A DNA stretch of 12,030 nt, from NCBI GenBank assembly GCA_043767805.1, contig JAYUGC010000106.1, forward strand, positions 1 to 12,030, given 5' to 3'. Of this stretch, positions 1-7,810 are shown one piece after another. The notes under the pieces were generated by a model. That model had not been told where the DNA came from and did not search any database. It was given only the letters and a program-made list of their open reading frames with translations. A program made the position numbers and the translations under genes. This DNA is from Pseudomonadota bacterium. Its GTDB lineage: Bacteria; Bdellovibrionota; FAC87; UBA2466. The number at the start of each line of letters is the position of its first letter. Position 1 is the stretch's first letter.

Positions 1-261
1 CAGCGCAAGCCCGGCCGCGGCTACCGCCGTCAAAGTCACCCCGATCGCAAGCCGCCTGTCCGAGTGCCGGTTCGCGAGCTCCAGCATACCGAAGGTGAAC
101 ACGATGGCGCCCGCGAACCCCGTCACGAGCATCCAGCTCACTTGCGAGTATCCGAGTCCCAGAGCGCGAGTCAGGGTCGGCATGAGCGGGCCCCGGCTAT
201 TGTCGAGGTAAGCCGACATCAGCATGAACACAACCCCAACGAAGATCGGGCGCCAGCGCAT
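1..261 (-). CDS. MFS transporter, N-terminal part (runs off the window edge)
   Basis: Manual translation from ATG at 261: MRWRPIFVGVVFMLMSAYLDNSRGPLMPTLTRALGLGYSQVSWMLVTGFAGAIVFTFGMLELANRHSDRRLAIGVTLTAVAAAGLAL. It has three hydrophobic helices, the 'GPLMPTL...LGL' pattern typical after MFS TM1, and a motif-A-like 'LANRHSDRR' loop. Not in the supplied ORF track. Confidence 0.8.
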   Translation of the reverse strand, partial: MRWRPIFVGVVFMLMSAYLDNSRGPLMPTLTRALGLGYSQVSWMLVTGFAGAIVFTFGMLELANRHSDRRLAIGVTLTAVAAAGLAL

Positions 262-380
262 CAGGCTCAATATAGAAACAAAACGGCTGGTATACGAGCA
301 ATGTATTCCGCGAGAGGTTTCGACAGCGGGACGCGACGGGGCATCACATCTCAAGGGCTTAAACCGCCGTTTCACCCCCC

Positions 381-394
381 GTCGATAATTCGAC
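381..394. promoter_or_regulatory. Palindrome GTCGA-TAAT-TCGAC, candidate activator binding site
   Basis: Perfect 5-bp arms about 100 bp upstream of the -24/-12 motif at 490-506, a typical enhancer distance. An extra TTCGACA half-site lies at 320-326. Confidence 0.4.
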
Positions 395-489
395 ACAGTC
401 AACTCGCTGAAATCTTTCACTGCTATCCTCCGCGCAACGAAAGCGAACGAAACTTGTTCTGCGGCATTCGTCAGACAGTGCGCCGAAAA

Positions 490-506
490 TTGGCAAGAGC
501 CGTGCA
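490..506 (+). promoter_or_regulatory. Putative sigma-54 (-24/-12) promoter for the 599..2095 gene
   Basis: TTGGCAAGAGCCGTGCA has GG-N10-GC spacing with TGGCA and TGCA cores (consensus YTGGCACGNNNNTTGCW), 92 bp before the ATG. Confidence 0.6.
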
Positions 507-598
507 TTGCCTTTCCCCGAGATACTCTTGTGGGGTTAGAGCGGTAGCGATTTGCGGACGTGTGCTGATTCGGGTCTTAGAACCCGTGAGGAGCGAGG

Positions 599-2095
599 AT
601 GTTGTTTAAAAAAGAGTCTCCACCTGCCTGGAGATATACCTGGATTTTTTCACTATCCGTATTTTTTATTTATATCGGAAAAGTGAGCGCCGAAACGACT
701 CATTCCGCGGGGAATGGCAATGGCACCTCGGGCTCGCCTACGGTTCGCCGTCAGGACAGAGACGCCCTCGTCAAAAAACTCAGCGATGTTTTCAGTCGTA
801 ATTCCGTGGGACGCCCGAAATCCACGCCATCCACGGGCAGTATTTTTCGTTTCGTGGATGCCGACGATTCGCGCGTAAAAGAAGCCGAGACGCAAGGCAT
901 CCCCGCGACTGTCAGCCTCGTCGCCCTCCGGGTCGAGAGCGGCGTCACGCCCAAAGAGCTTTTCGATTTGGTTCAGAAAGTTAAAACCGATGCCGGCACG
1001 GACGAGTTCACGACTTCCTCACGCGAGCTCGCGCGCCGTTTGCTCGCACCGCCCAGTAAGCTCAAAGATCTTTATAAGAAAGCCGACGGCACTTTTGATT
1101 TCGACGCGCTTGCCAAAGATCTCGGTCTCGATGCCGAAGATCTTAAAGTCCGTCGCGCGGCTTTGAAAAAGGCCCTCGAGGAAGATCCAACGGCGCCCCT
1201 ACAGCCGGAAGACGCGACCATCGATCCCACGGATCCGAATCAAACTGCCATCGACGAGACGCCTATCGATCCGACGCAGTTCGTGGACGGCACGGGTTTC
1301 GGCGACAACCCGGGACTCGACAATACCGTGGTCAACCAAGACGACCTCGTCCTCGACGATCAGGCGCAGAACAAGCTTAATGAGGAAAAAGAAGCGAAGG
1401 CCAGGAAGGAAGCCGACGCCGCGAAAAATGCTTTGAATAACGACAAGGACAAGAACGGCAAAGAGAAGGGCGCCGCCGCGGCCAAAGCCCCGCCGCCGCC
1501 CAAGCCGCCGAGACCGGCCGATCCGCCGCTCCCGGGCATTCCGCCGATTTCAATCGGAGGAGGAGGCAAAGGCCCTCCGCCGCCGCTTCCGATGCCTCCG
1601 CCGCCCGAGATTCCGCCGATGCCGGGATTCCAGATGCCACCGCCTCCTCCGGATGCGGGCATCAGCCCCGAGATCTTGGCGTTACTCGCCGGCATGAACA
1701 AGACCGGCGAACGGCGTCCGCCGGACGCGGGCATGCAAGACATCTTGCAAGCGTTCGCGGCTATGAACCAACAAACGGTCAACGCGATTTTACAGCTTGG
1801 ACAAACGATGATGATGGCTGGCGCGGGACGTTCGCAGATTACTGCCACGCCACCAACATCGGTTGCCACCAACGTCTCCGGCCAGAGAAGCAATATCACG
1901 GCACGTATTCAGAGCTTCTCTGGCCAGAGGACGTCGGCGACGGGACCGAGGACCGGCGCATCGGCTAGCACCATCGCCAACTCCATGCAGGCGCAGAGCC
2001 CGCGAGAAGGCACGGTTCCGGGCTACGGCTCGGGAACGGCCGGAGTGAGCGCGCGCGGCGCTCAAGGGCGCTCGATCGTGAAGCCTCGTCATTGA
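599..2095 (+). CDS. Secreted hypothetical protein with acidic, Lys/Ala-rich, poly-proline and Ser/Thr/Gly-rich low-complexity segments
   Basis: 498-aa ORF with a GAGGAG RBS at 588-593 and a signal-peptide-like N-terminus (WIFSLSVFFIYIGKVSA|E). No recognisable catalytic motif. Confidence 0.8.
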   Translation: MLFKKESPPAWRYTWIFSLSVFFIYIGKVSAETTHSAGNGNGTSGSPTVRRQDRDALVKKLSDVFSRNSVGRPKSTPSTGSIFRFVDADDSRVKEAETQGIPATVSLVALRVESGVTPKELFDLVQKVKTDAGTDEFTTSSRELARRLLAPPSKLKDLYKKADGTFDFDALAKDLGLDAEDLKVRRAALKKALEEDPTAPLQPEDATIDPTDPNQTAIDETPIDPTQFVDGTGFGDNPGLDNTVVNQDDLVLDDQAQNKLNEEKEAKARKEADAAKNALNNDKDKNGKEKGAAAAKAPPPPKPPRPADPPLPGIPPISIGGGGKGPPPPLPMPPPPEIPPMPGFQMPPPPPDAGISPEILALLAGMNKTGERRPPDAGMQDILQAFAAMNQQTVNAILQLGQTMMMAGAGRSQITATPPTSVATNVSGQRSNITARIQSFSGQRTSATGPRTGASASTIANSMQAQSPREGTVPGYGSGTAGVSARGAQGRSIVKPRH

Positions 2096-3216
2096 CGATG
2101 AAAACGACCGGCACTCAAGAAACCAATGGGATGATCCGTTCTGCCCTTCTCGGCGAGATCCGCAAGGCACTCGCCGATGATGGGAGAGAACTTAAACCCA
2201 TGCCCCGAGAAACCAGCGCCGAGAATGACGTTCGAGTTCCGCGGGTGCTTATCCAAAATGAAATTCTCGTCGGGACTGAGCTCGTACATACACGCGCGCA
2301 CTTGCGACGGCGAAAGCGCGAGCTCAGGGATGGATTCGCGCAGGAACGCGCGCACGACGAACTCGTCCGGCTCCCATCCTTGCGTGGACAGATCCGAAGG
2401 CCTATCGAGCGGCCGGCCCGGCACGTGGTTGGCTATTTTCACGCCGAACGCGTTCTGCTTCGGAAACCCGTAAAAGAAATGGCGGCCGCGCTCGAACGCG
2501 AAGCACGGCCCCCGCGAGAACCAATCCGCCGCCGGATACCAGAAAAGCAAATTGCGGTGCACGGAGAGCGCGATCCCGATTTCGCTGAGCGCTTGGCGCG
2601 TCCAAGCGCCCGACGTCACCACTAAGCGGTCCACGGTGAGCGTTTCGTGCTCAAGCTGAATCTCAACGGAGTGAGGCGACGCTTCCCAACCGAGCACCTT
2701 CGTCCGAGAGCGGATGTCCGCGCCGTCCCGCACCGCAAGCGCGGCATGAATCTCGACGGCCTTTTCCACTTCCAGGAAACCAGCACCGGGCTCGACGATG
2801 GCCTCGTCGTCCGGCGCCAAGCGAAAGAGGGGAAACCGCTTTCGCGCGGCTTTCGGCTCGATATTTTCGATGGGAATGCCGTGGCGAGACGCGCTTTCAC
2901 GGATACCTTTCAGAATGGGGCTATCGCCCGCTTTCCCAAAAATCACGAGTCCCGTACGGTGAAAAACCCGCTTTCCCGACTCTTTTTCGATCTCGTCCCA
3001 GAGCCGGTAAGCGCTCTTTAGCAGGGGCACATAGTCCGAATGCTCGAAATAAGCCTGGCGGATGAGGCGGGACTCGCCGTGAGAGCTCCCCTTTGCGTGA
3101 GCGATATCAAACTGTTCCAGACCGATGGCCTCATGCCCTCGCTTCGCTATCGCCCGGCACGCCGCCGAGCCCATAGCGCCTACACCCAGCACCCCGATTT
3201 TGAGTCTTTTCTTCAA
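2089..3216 (-). CDS. solA: N-methyl-L-tryptophan oxidase / monomeric sarcosine oxidase family FAD oxidoreductase
   Basis: Motifs GVGAMG (Rossmann), GSSHGESRLIRQAYFE, ACMYELSPDENFILD (flavinylated Cys region) and GFSGHGFKF. Start re-called to TTG at 3216 (375 aa) behind a G-rich RBS. The track's 3516 start overlaps the divergent hydrolase gene. Confidence 0.92.
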   Translation of the reverse strand: MKKRLKIGVLGVGAMGSAACRAIAKRGHEAIGLEQFDIAHAKGSSHGESRLIRQAYFEHSDYVPLLKSAYRLWDEIEKESGKRVFHRTGLVIFGKAGDSPILKGIRESASRHGIPIENIEPKAARKRFPLFRLAPDDEAIVEPGAGFLEVEKAVEIHAALAVRDGADIRSRTKVLGWEASPHSVEIQLEHETLTVDRLVVTSGAWTRQALSEIGIALSVHRNLLFWYPAADWFSRGPCFAFERGRHFFYGFPKQNAFGVKIANHVPGRPLDRPSDLSTQGWEPDEFVVRAFLRESIPELALSPSQVRACMYELSPDENFILDKHPRNSNVILGAGFSGHGFKFSPIIGECLADLAEKGRTDHPIGFLSAGRFHRQ

Positions 3217-3277
3217 TTTTCCCGCCCCTTGAACCTCAACCCGATTTTCTATACCGTAGCTTAATAAAGGGGGCTTA

Positions 3278-4204
3278 ATGAACAAGTCATTCTCTCGGTT
3301 TCTGACCGTAGGCCTATTATTTTCGAGCCTCCTGGCGCACGCGCTCGAGCGCGATCTGAGCGCCCAGTTCGAAGCGGTTCGCAAGTCCGGCGCCGACGTT
3401 GCCTCCCTCGTCGCGAAGCTCAAAAAGTACCACGTCGTATTCGTCCCCGGTTTCATGACCAACAATCCTCTGCAGTACCAATGGTTCGCCAAACCGTTCG
3501 TGCAGACGGGATCCAATTTTGCCGATCAGATGGCTTGGCTCACGAGCCAAGGCGTCGAGAATCATCGCCCGGTTCTCAATACCGAGACCACCCCCGACAT
3601 CAATGCCAAGGTCCTCGAAGCGGACATCGCGAAAATTCAAAAGCCCGTTTTGCTCATCACCCACAGCAAGGGCGGCGTCGATTCCTTGCACATGCTGCTT
3701 TCCAATAAAGCGATGCGCTCGAAAATCGCGGGATGGCTCGCCCTTCAGACTCCGTTCTTCGGCACGCCCGTCGCCGATGAAGTCGTGGGCAACGGCCTGT
3801 ATCGCACCGTTTGTTTTCCGCTCATCAACGCGGTGGGCGGAACCCAAAACACCATCTTGGGGCTCACCACGAGCGCCAGCGAGCGCTTCTTGGCCGACAA
3901 TGCGGCTGAGATCGAGACCATCGTCCGGGAGATTCCGACGCTTTCTTTCCTTTCGACCAAGCCCAACCTTAAAGGCTTCGACACTTCGTTTGAGCTCACC
4001 CGCAACTGGATGGACTCCATCGGCGTGGTCAGCGACGGGCTCATTCCCGAGACGTCCGCGCGGCTTCCCGAAACGGACTTCGTGAAGTTCGTGGGACTCG
4101 ACCACGGCAATATCGTCGCGCAGCACGGACGCTTGAACTTCGCCCGGGTGCCGTTCACGGCAGCCCTGCTCGCGACGTTCTTCGAAGCTAACGGTGCGCT
4201 TTAA
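3278..4204 (+). CDS. Secreted alpha/beta-hydrolase (lipase/esterase-like)
   Basis: Signal peptide, oxyanion region VFVPGF, nucleophile elbow THSKGG, QTPFFGTPVAD, SDGL (Asp) and LDH (His), giving a complete Ser-Asp-His triad. RBS AAGGGGG. Confidence 0.88.
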   Translation: MNKSFSRFLTVGLLFSSLLAHALERDLSAQFEAVRKSGADVASLVAKLKKYHVVFVPGFMTNNPLQYQWFAKPFVQTGSNFADQMAWLTSQGVENHRPVLNTETTPDINAKVLEADIAKIQKPVLLITHSKGGVDSLHMLLSNKAMRSKIAGWLALQTPFFGTPVADEVVGNGLYRTVCFPLINAVGGTQNTILGLTTSASERFLADNAAEIETIVREIPTLSFLSTKPNLKGFDTSFELTRNWMDSIGVVSDGLIPETSARLPETDFVKFVGLDHGNIVAQHGRLNFARVPFTAALLATFFEANGAL

Positions 4205-4655
4205 GATAGCGGGCCAGCCGGTTCGCCATGGACTCTTGCGCGCGGCCTAAGGGGTCGCTCGCCGTCACCACGCCGTAATCGTCTCCCGGCACTTCGAGCC
4301 GCGCGAGCTTGCGATCGTCGCGCGAGCGAATGACCTCCGCAATGGCTCGGTAGGGGCTTCCCTCGGCGACTTTGGAGTGCATCATCTCGACGTTGAGCTC
4401 GAGATCTCCCTCGGTGCCCTTCTTCTGCCTTTGGGTCACCCGCGGAAACGCCCGTTCCTTTTTGATGCGGGACGCGAGGCGCTGGGAGAACGAGGCCGTC
4501 GAGTCACGGAGCTCCCTATCCGGAGAGGTCACGCTGACGGTGAGATGGTGGTACGCCTTTAGATCTTTGGCGAGCGGCTCGACTTCCTTGAGACTGCCCG
4601 GAGAGGTGCAACCCGCTAGTACTAAGGCAAACAAGATCAAACGATGCAATTTCAT
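4188..4655 (-). CDS. Hypothetical lipoprotein (possibly DUF4410-like)
   Basis: MKLHRLILFALVLAG|C lipobox from ATG 4655 (alternative start 4679). The family assignment is only a weak resemblance. Confidence 0.7.
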   Translation of the reverse strand: MKLHRLILFALVLAGCTSPGSLKEVEPLAKDLKAYHHLTVSVTSPDRELRDSTASFSQRLASRIKKERAFPRVTQRQKKGTEGDLELNVEMMHSKVAEGSPYRAIAEVIRSRDDRKLARLEVPGDDYGVVTASDPLGRAQESMANRLARYLKAHR

Positions 4656-4704
4656 GAAGCTTTTAAGTTCCGTCGTCATTCTACCTTAGCGGAGGCCCTT
4701 CTCG

Positions 4705-5562
4705 CTAGTGCCGGATGAGCCCCGTCACGCCCAAAATGATCTCGATGAAGATGAGGGCGATGATGAGAAGCTCGAGCGCGTTGGCGCGCTGGTAATTGGT
4801 CAGGTCCGCGAGCAGCTCGATATTGTCCTGAAGCAGAGTCAGCTTTCTGTCGACGGCGCGAAAGCGCAGGTCGATCTCGAAATTATCGCGGACGTCGCGG
4901 TAGAGCTTATCGAGCTCTTTGCTCTTCCACGTCTCGTCGGGCGCGTCGAGGATGGCGAGCTTGCTGACGATGTCTTGCCGGGTGTTTACCGTCGAGCCGA
5001 TGAGCTTCAGAAGATTTCTGAGATCCATCGGGAGCCGTCCCGAGGCCGACAGATTCACGAAAAGCGTCGAGGAGGTATCGAGCACCTGCTCCGTGTTCTT
5101 CTCCAGGAACTCGAGGGCCGCGCTTTGAGCGACCGTCAGAGCGGTTACCGCGACGTGATCCACGGTCAGCCGCTTATTGATGACGGCGTGCTCGAACTCC
5201 ACGGTGGGCGGCTCGCCCAGGCGAATCTCGTACGTCTCTACCGGAGCGTCACTCATCCCGCGACCTAAGGTCTCGGCGAGATGAGCGAGCTCGGCTGTGA
5301 TTTCGTCGTCGCTAAAGTTGAAGAACGCCACGCAGCCGAAACGAAACAGAAAGAGATAACTCTCCTTCTTGAAGGGAATGATGAACCCTTGAGGCGCCGG
5401 CTGGATCCGGTCCTCGGCGAATATCCCCTTCACCGACTTCAGTGAGATGACGTCGTAGAGCTTGTAGGCCCGGACGCCATAGGTCACCTGCGCGGAAGGC
5501 GTGGCGCTTTCCGCGGGAACGTCGGACTTCGGCGGGCCTTTTTGAGGCTCCTTTGTCTCCAC
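4705..5562 (-). CDS. RMD1/DUF155 family protein
   Basis: Motifs FLFRFGCVAFFN, AQSAALEFLE, ILDAPDETW, FEIDLRFRAVDRKL and a C-terminal TM 'LELLIIALIFIEI'. Starts 10 bp after the FKBP stop, so likely co-transcribed. Confidence 0.9.
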   Translation of the reverse strand: METKEPQKGPPKSDVPAESATPSAQVTYGVRAYKLYDVISLKSVKGIFAEDRIQPAPQGFIIPFKKESYLFLFRFGCVAFFNFSDDEITAELAHLAETLGRGMSDAPVETYEIRLGEPPTVEFEHAVINKRLTVDHVAVTALTVAQSAALEFLEKNTEQVLDTSSTLFVNLSASGRLPMDLRNLLKLIGSTVNTRQDIVSKLAILDAPDETWKSKELDKLYRDVRDNFEIDLRFRAVDRKLTLLQDNIELLADLTNYQRANALELLIIALIFIEIILGVTGLIRH

Positions 5563-5572
5563 GAATTACGCT

Positions 5573-6265
5573 TTAGCTCTTCTTGATGTCGAGCAGCTCT
5601 ACTTCGAAGATGAGCACCGAGTTGGGCGGAATGCCCGGGCGGCCACCTTCGCCGTAGGCGAGGTCGGAGGGAACGTATAGCTTGTACTTGCTGCCGACCT
5701 TCATGAGCTTCAAAGCTTCCGTCCATCCCGGGATGACGCCGTTGACCGGAAACTCGGCGGGCTTGCCGCGCTTGTAAGAGCTATCGAACTCGCTGCCGTC
5801 GATGAGCGTGCCCTTGTAATTGACGGAGACGACGCTCGCGTCCTTGGGAAGCGCGCCCTTGCCCTCGGTGATCACTTCGTACTGAAGGCCCGACTTGGTC
5901 GTTTTAATGCCAGACTTCTTGCCGTTCTCAGCGAGGAAATTCTTGCCCTTGTCGAGGTTGGCTTTGCCTTCGGTGGTGCGCTTGTCGATGAGGCCTTGCT
6001 GCACCTTCACCATCGCCTGCTGGAGCTCCTGCTCGTTGACGCGGGGGCTAGTGCCGGAAAGCGCGTCGGAGATGGCGAGCGCCAGTGCGTCGACATCCAC
6101 TTTCACGCCCTGAGACTTCATGCCGCCGCCGATCTGCAGACCGACGCCGTAGCTGAATTTCTGTTCGTCCGTCTTGAGCTCTACTTTTTTGTCGCCCATC
6201 TTGTTGCACGCTCCCAATAGAAGGACCGCTCCCGCCAAAGCCAACTGCCGAATCGTTATCATCAT
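5573..6265 (-). CDS. fkpA: FKBP-type peptidyl-prolyl cis-trans isomerase (FkpA/Mip-like), lipoprotein
   Basis: LLLGA|C lipobox, FKBP_N domain (FSYGVG...), SGLQYEV, YKGTLIDGSEFDSS, VIPGWTEAL, LAYG and IPPNSVLIFEVELL. RBS AAGGAG. Confidence 0.95.
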   Translation of the reverse strand: MMITIRQLALAGAVLLLGACNKMGDKKVELKTDEQKFSYGVGLQIGGGMKSQGVKVDVDALALAISDALSGTSPRVNEQELQQAMVKVQQGLIDKRTTEGKANLDKGKNFLAENGKKSGIKTTKSGLQYEVITEGKGALPKDASVVSVNYKGTLIDGSEFDSSYKRGKPAEFPVNGVIPGWTEALKLMKVGSKYKLYVPSDLAYGEGGRPGIPPNSVLIFEVELLDIKKS

Positions 6266-6324
6266 ACGCTCCTTAAAAAACCAAATTCACCACAGCCTAA
6301 GGGGTAGACCTTGCTGTGGAAAGC

Positions 6325-6353
6325 AAAAAAAAAGGGCTCCCAGAGGGGAGCCC
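6325..6353 (-). terminator. Intrinsic terminator of the SWIB gene
   Basis: Stem GGGCTCCC/GGGAGCCC (6334-6353) with a 4-nt loop, followed on the - strand by T9 (A-run 6325-6333), 23 bp after the stop. Confidence 0.9.
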
Positions 6354-6376
6354 CGGAAACCAGGAACTTTCGCCGA

Positions 6377-6712
6377 TTAAGCGGAAAGTTGCTTGTTCAC
6401 CAGCTTGGTCATCTCGAACATGGAGACGACCTTCTTGCCGTTGAAGATCTTCACGAGAACTTCGTCGGCACGGATGTTACGACGATTGTTCGGATCCTGC
6501 AGATTGCGCTTCTTGATGTATTCCCAGAGCTTCTTGATGACCTGGGTGCGCGGCAGGGCCTTGCTTCCGACCACTTCGGCCAGCGCGAGGCTGGGCTGCA
6601 TGGGCTTCATGAACGCAAGGTTCGGTTTCCGCTTAGACGTCGTTTTTTTCGTCGTCTTTTTCGCCTTAGCGGTAGTTTTTTTCGTCGCTGTCTTCTTTTT
6701 GGCTTTAGCCAT
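6377..6712 (-). CDS. SWIB/MDM2 domain protein with Lys/Thr/Ala-rich histone-H1-like N-tail
   Basis: AFMKPMQPSLALAEVVG...PRTQVIKKLWEYIKKRNLQDPNNRRNIRADEVL...VSMFEMTKLVNKQL is a canonical bacterial SWIB domain. Start ATG 6712 follows a GGGGG RBS. Confidence 0.95.
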   Translation of the reverse strand: MAKAKKKTATKKTTAKAKKTTKKTTSKRKPNLAFMKPMQPSLALAEVVGSKALPRTQVIKKLWEYIKKRNLQDPNNRRNIRADEVLVKIFNGKKVVSMFEMTKLVNKQLSA

Positions 6713-6754
6713 GGAATAACCCCCAATACACATGTGTCTTTCTGAACAGCGAGA

Positions 6755-6802
6755 ATAATACCCGAAATTCCCCTCTAGGCGAGGGGGAGTTTATTTTTTT
6801 TT
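6755..6802 (-). promoter_or_regulatory. Putative sigma-70 promoter with A-tract UP element for the SWIB gene
   Basis: On the - strand: A-rich tract (6790-6802), weak -35 TCGCCT (6777-6782), 16-bp spacer and -10 TATTAT (6755-6760). Confidence 0.5.
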
Positions 6803-6877
6803 GAAAGTCACGCCCCGAAGATCAGCTCAGGAAGCGACGATCCGAACACTCGTCTGAAGAACCGCTACAGCATTGGC

Positions 6878-7167
6878 TTAGCGAGCGTTACCCTGCAGGG
6901 CTCGCGTTTCGGGGTGAAATTTCGCGAAGAGAATTTCTTCGATCGCTTCCGCCTGAGACACGTTTCCCGCTCGTAATTCGAGATAAAGGTCGTATTCGAG
7001 GGCCGGGCGGAGGGCCTTCACTTGCTTGTGCTCGGGCCATAAATTGACCTCGTAATTGTCTCCGCCGAGCGACAACGGCACCAAAGGAACGATGGTGTAC
7101 TGTACTCGACGAAATCCCGATCCGTGGTTCGGCACGTCTCGCCGAAAATTTGGATCTGATTGGGATT
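6878..7167 (-). pseudogene. Degraded tandem paralog of the 7169..7594 HNH-like gene
   Basis: 7167-7102 reads NPNQIQIFGETCRTTDRDFVEY, aligning to APDPVKTPGAFCRPSDAEYVER. It then shifts frame to YTIVPLVPLSLGGDNYEVNLWPE...AKFHP, aligning to YTIDHLIPLAIGGSNVRENLWPE...AKFHP. The signal peptide and about 34 internal codons are missing, and DH has become VP. Confidence 0.82.
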
Positions 7168-7168
7168 C

Positions 7169-7594
7169 CTACTCGCGCGCGGGCGGATGGAACTTGGCGA
7201 GCTTGACCCGATTGACCGCCATGGCGTGAGTCAGGGTGCCGTCTTTCATCCGCAGGTAGAGCTCGTTCTCGAGGTTGTAGCGCAGATTCTTGACCTCTTT
7301 CGGCTCGGGCCAGAGATTTTCGCGCACGTTGGATCCCCCGATCGCCAAGGGAATCAGGTGATCGATGGTGTAATCGCTCCACTTCTTTTCGGGGATGCCG
7401 TAGGAGCGGTAGATGGTCTCAACGACTGCCGGAGGAACGAAACGGGTGCAGTAAGGGATGCGCTCCCTATAGCGTCTCTCCACGTACTCGGCGTCGCTGG
7501 GACGGCAGAAGGCGCCGGGCGTCTTCACCGGATCAGGCGCGCGGCTTGCGAAGGCTCCAGAACAAAACAGAACCGTTAAAAGAACCCACTTCAT
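7169..7594 (-). CDS. Secreted HNH (His-Me finger) endonuclease-like protein
   Basis: Signal peptide MKWVLLTVLFCSGAFA and the motif IDHLIPLAIGGSNVRENLWP. RBS GGGGGG. Confidence 0.82.
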   Translation of the reverse strand: MKWVLLTVLFCSGAFASRAPDPVKTPGAFCRPSDAEYVERRYRERIPYCTRFVPPAVVETIYRSYGIPEKKWSDYTIDHLIPLAIGGSNVRENLWPEPKEVKNLRYNLENELYLRMKDGTLTHAMAVNRVKLAKFHPPARE

Positions 7595-7810
7595 TGACCC
7601 CCCTAGTCCAATGTTTGGCTTGGGCCGGACTATAGCCAGCTATCCGGCATTGGCCAGTAAAGATTCGGTAACAAAGAGCTAAATTTCTTAACGTATCGTC
7701 TTCATCGGCCCTCGCAGCCTAAGTCGCCGAGAATAGAAACATTCTCGCGTTTTTCCCACACATTGCGCGCCCAAACTGAAGCTTCAGGAATGTCTCAAGG
7801 AGGGGGATTC

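Noticed and set aside
360..388. Possible sigma-28 promoter TAAA...GTCGATAA
   Set aside because: The spacer is 17 nt rather than the usual 15, and the site is better explained as a palindrome. Not fully excluded.
64..609. 181-aa + strand ORF
   Set aside because: It is antisense to the MFS gene and runs through the promoter region, with no protein-like features.
1480..1655. CCG-rich repeats as a tandem repeat or array
   Set aside because: Explained by poly-proline codons, with no fixed unit or spacers.
3217..3516. N-terminal extension of the SolA ORF in the track
   Set aside because: It overlaps the divergent hydrolase gene. The Rossmann motif begins right after TTG 3216, giving a family-typical length.
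2089..4204. Convergent 3' overlaps (2089-2095 and 4188-4204)
   Set aside because: Short tail-to-tail overlaps are common in compact genomes.
6878..7594. HNH gene as a homing endonuclease or mobile element
   Set aside because: It has a signal peptide, and there is no intron, terminal repeat or target duplication.
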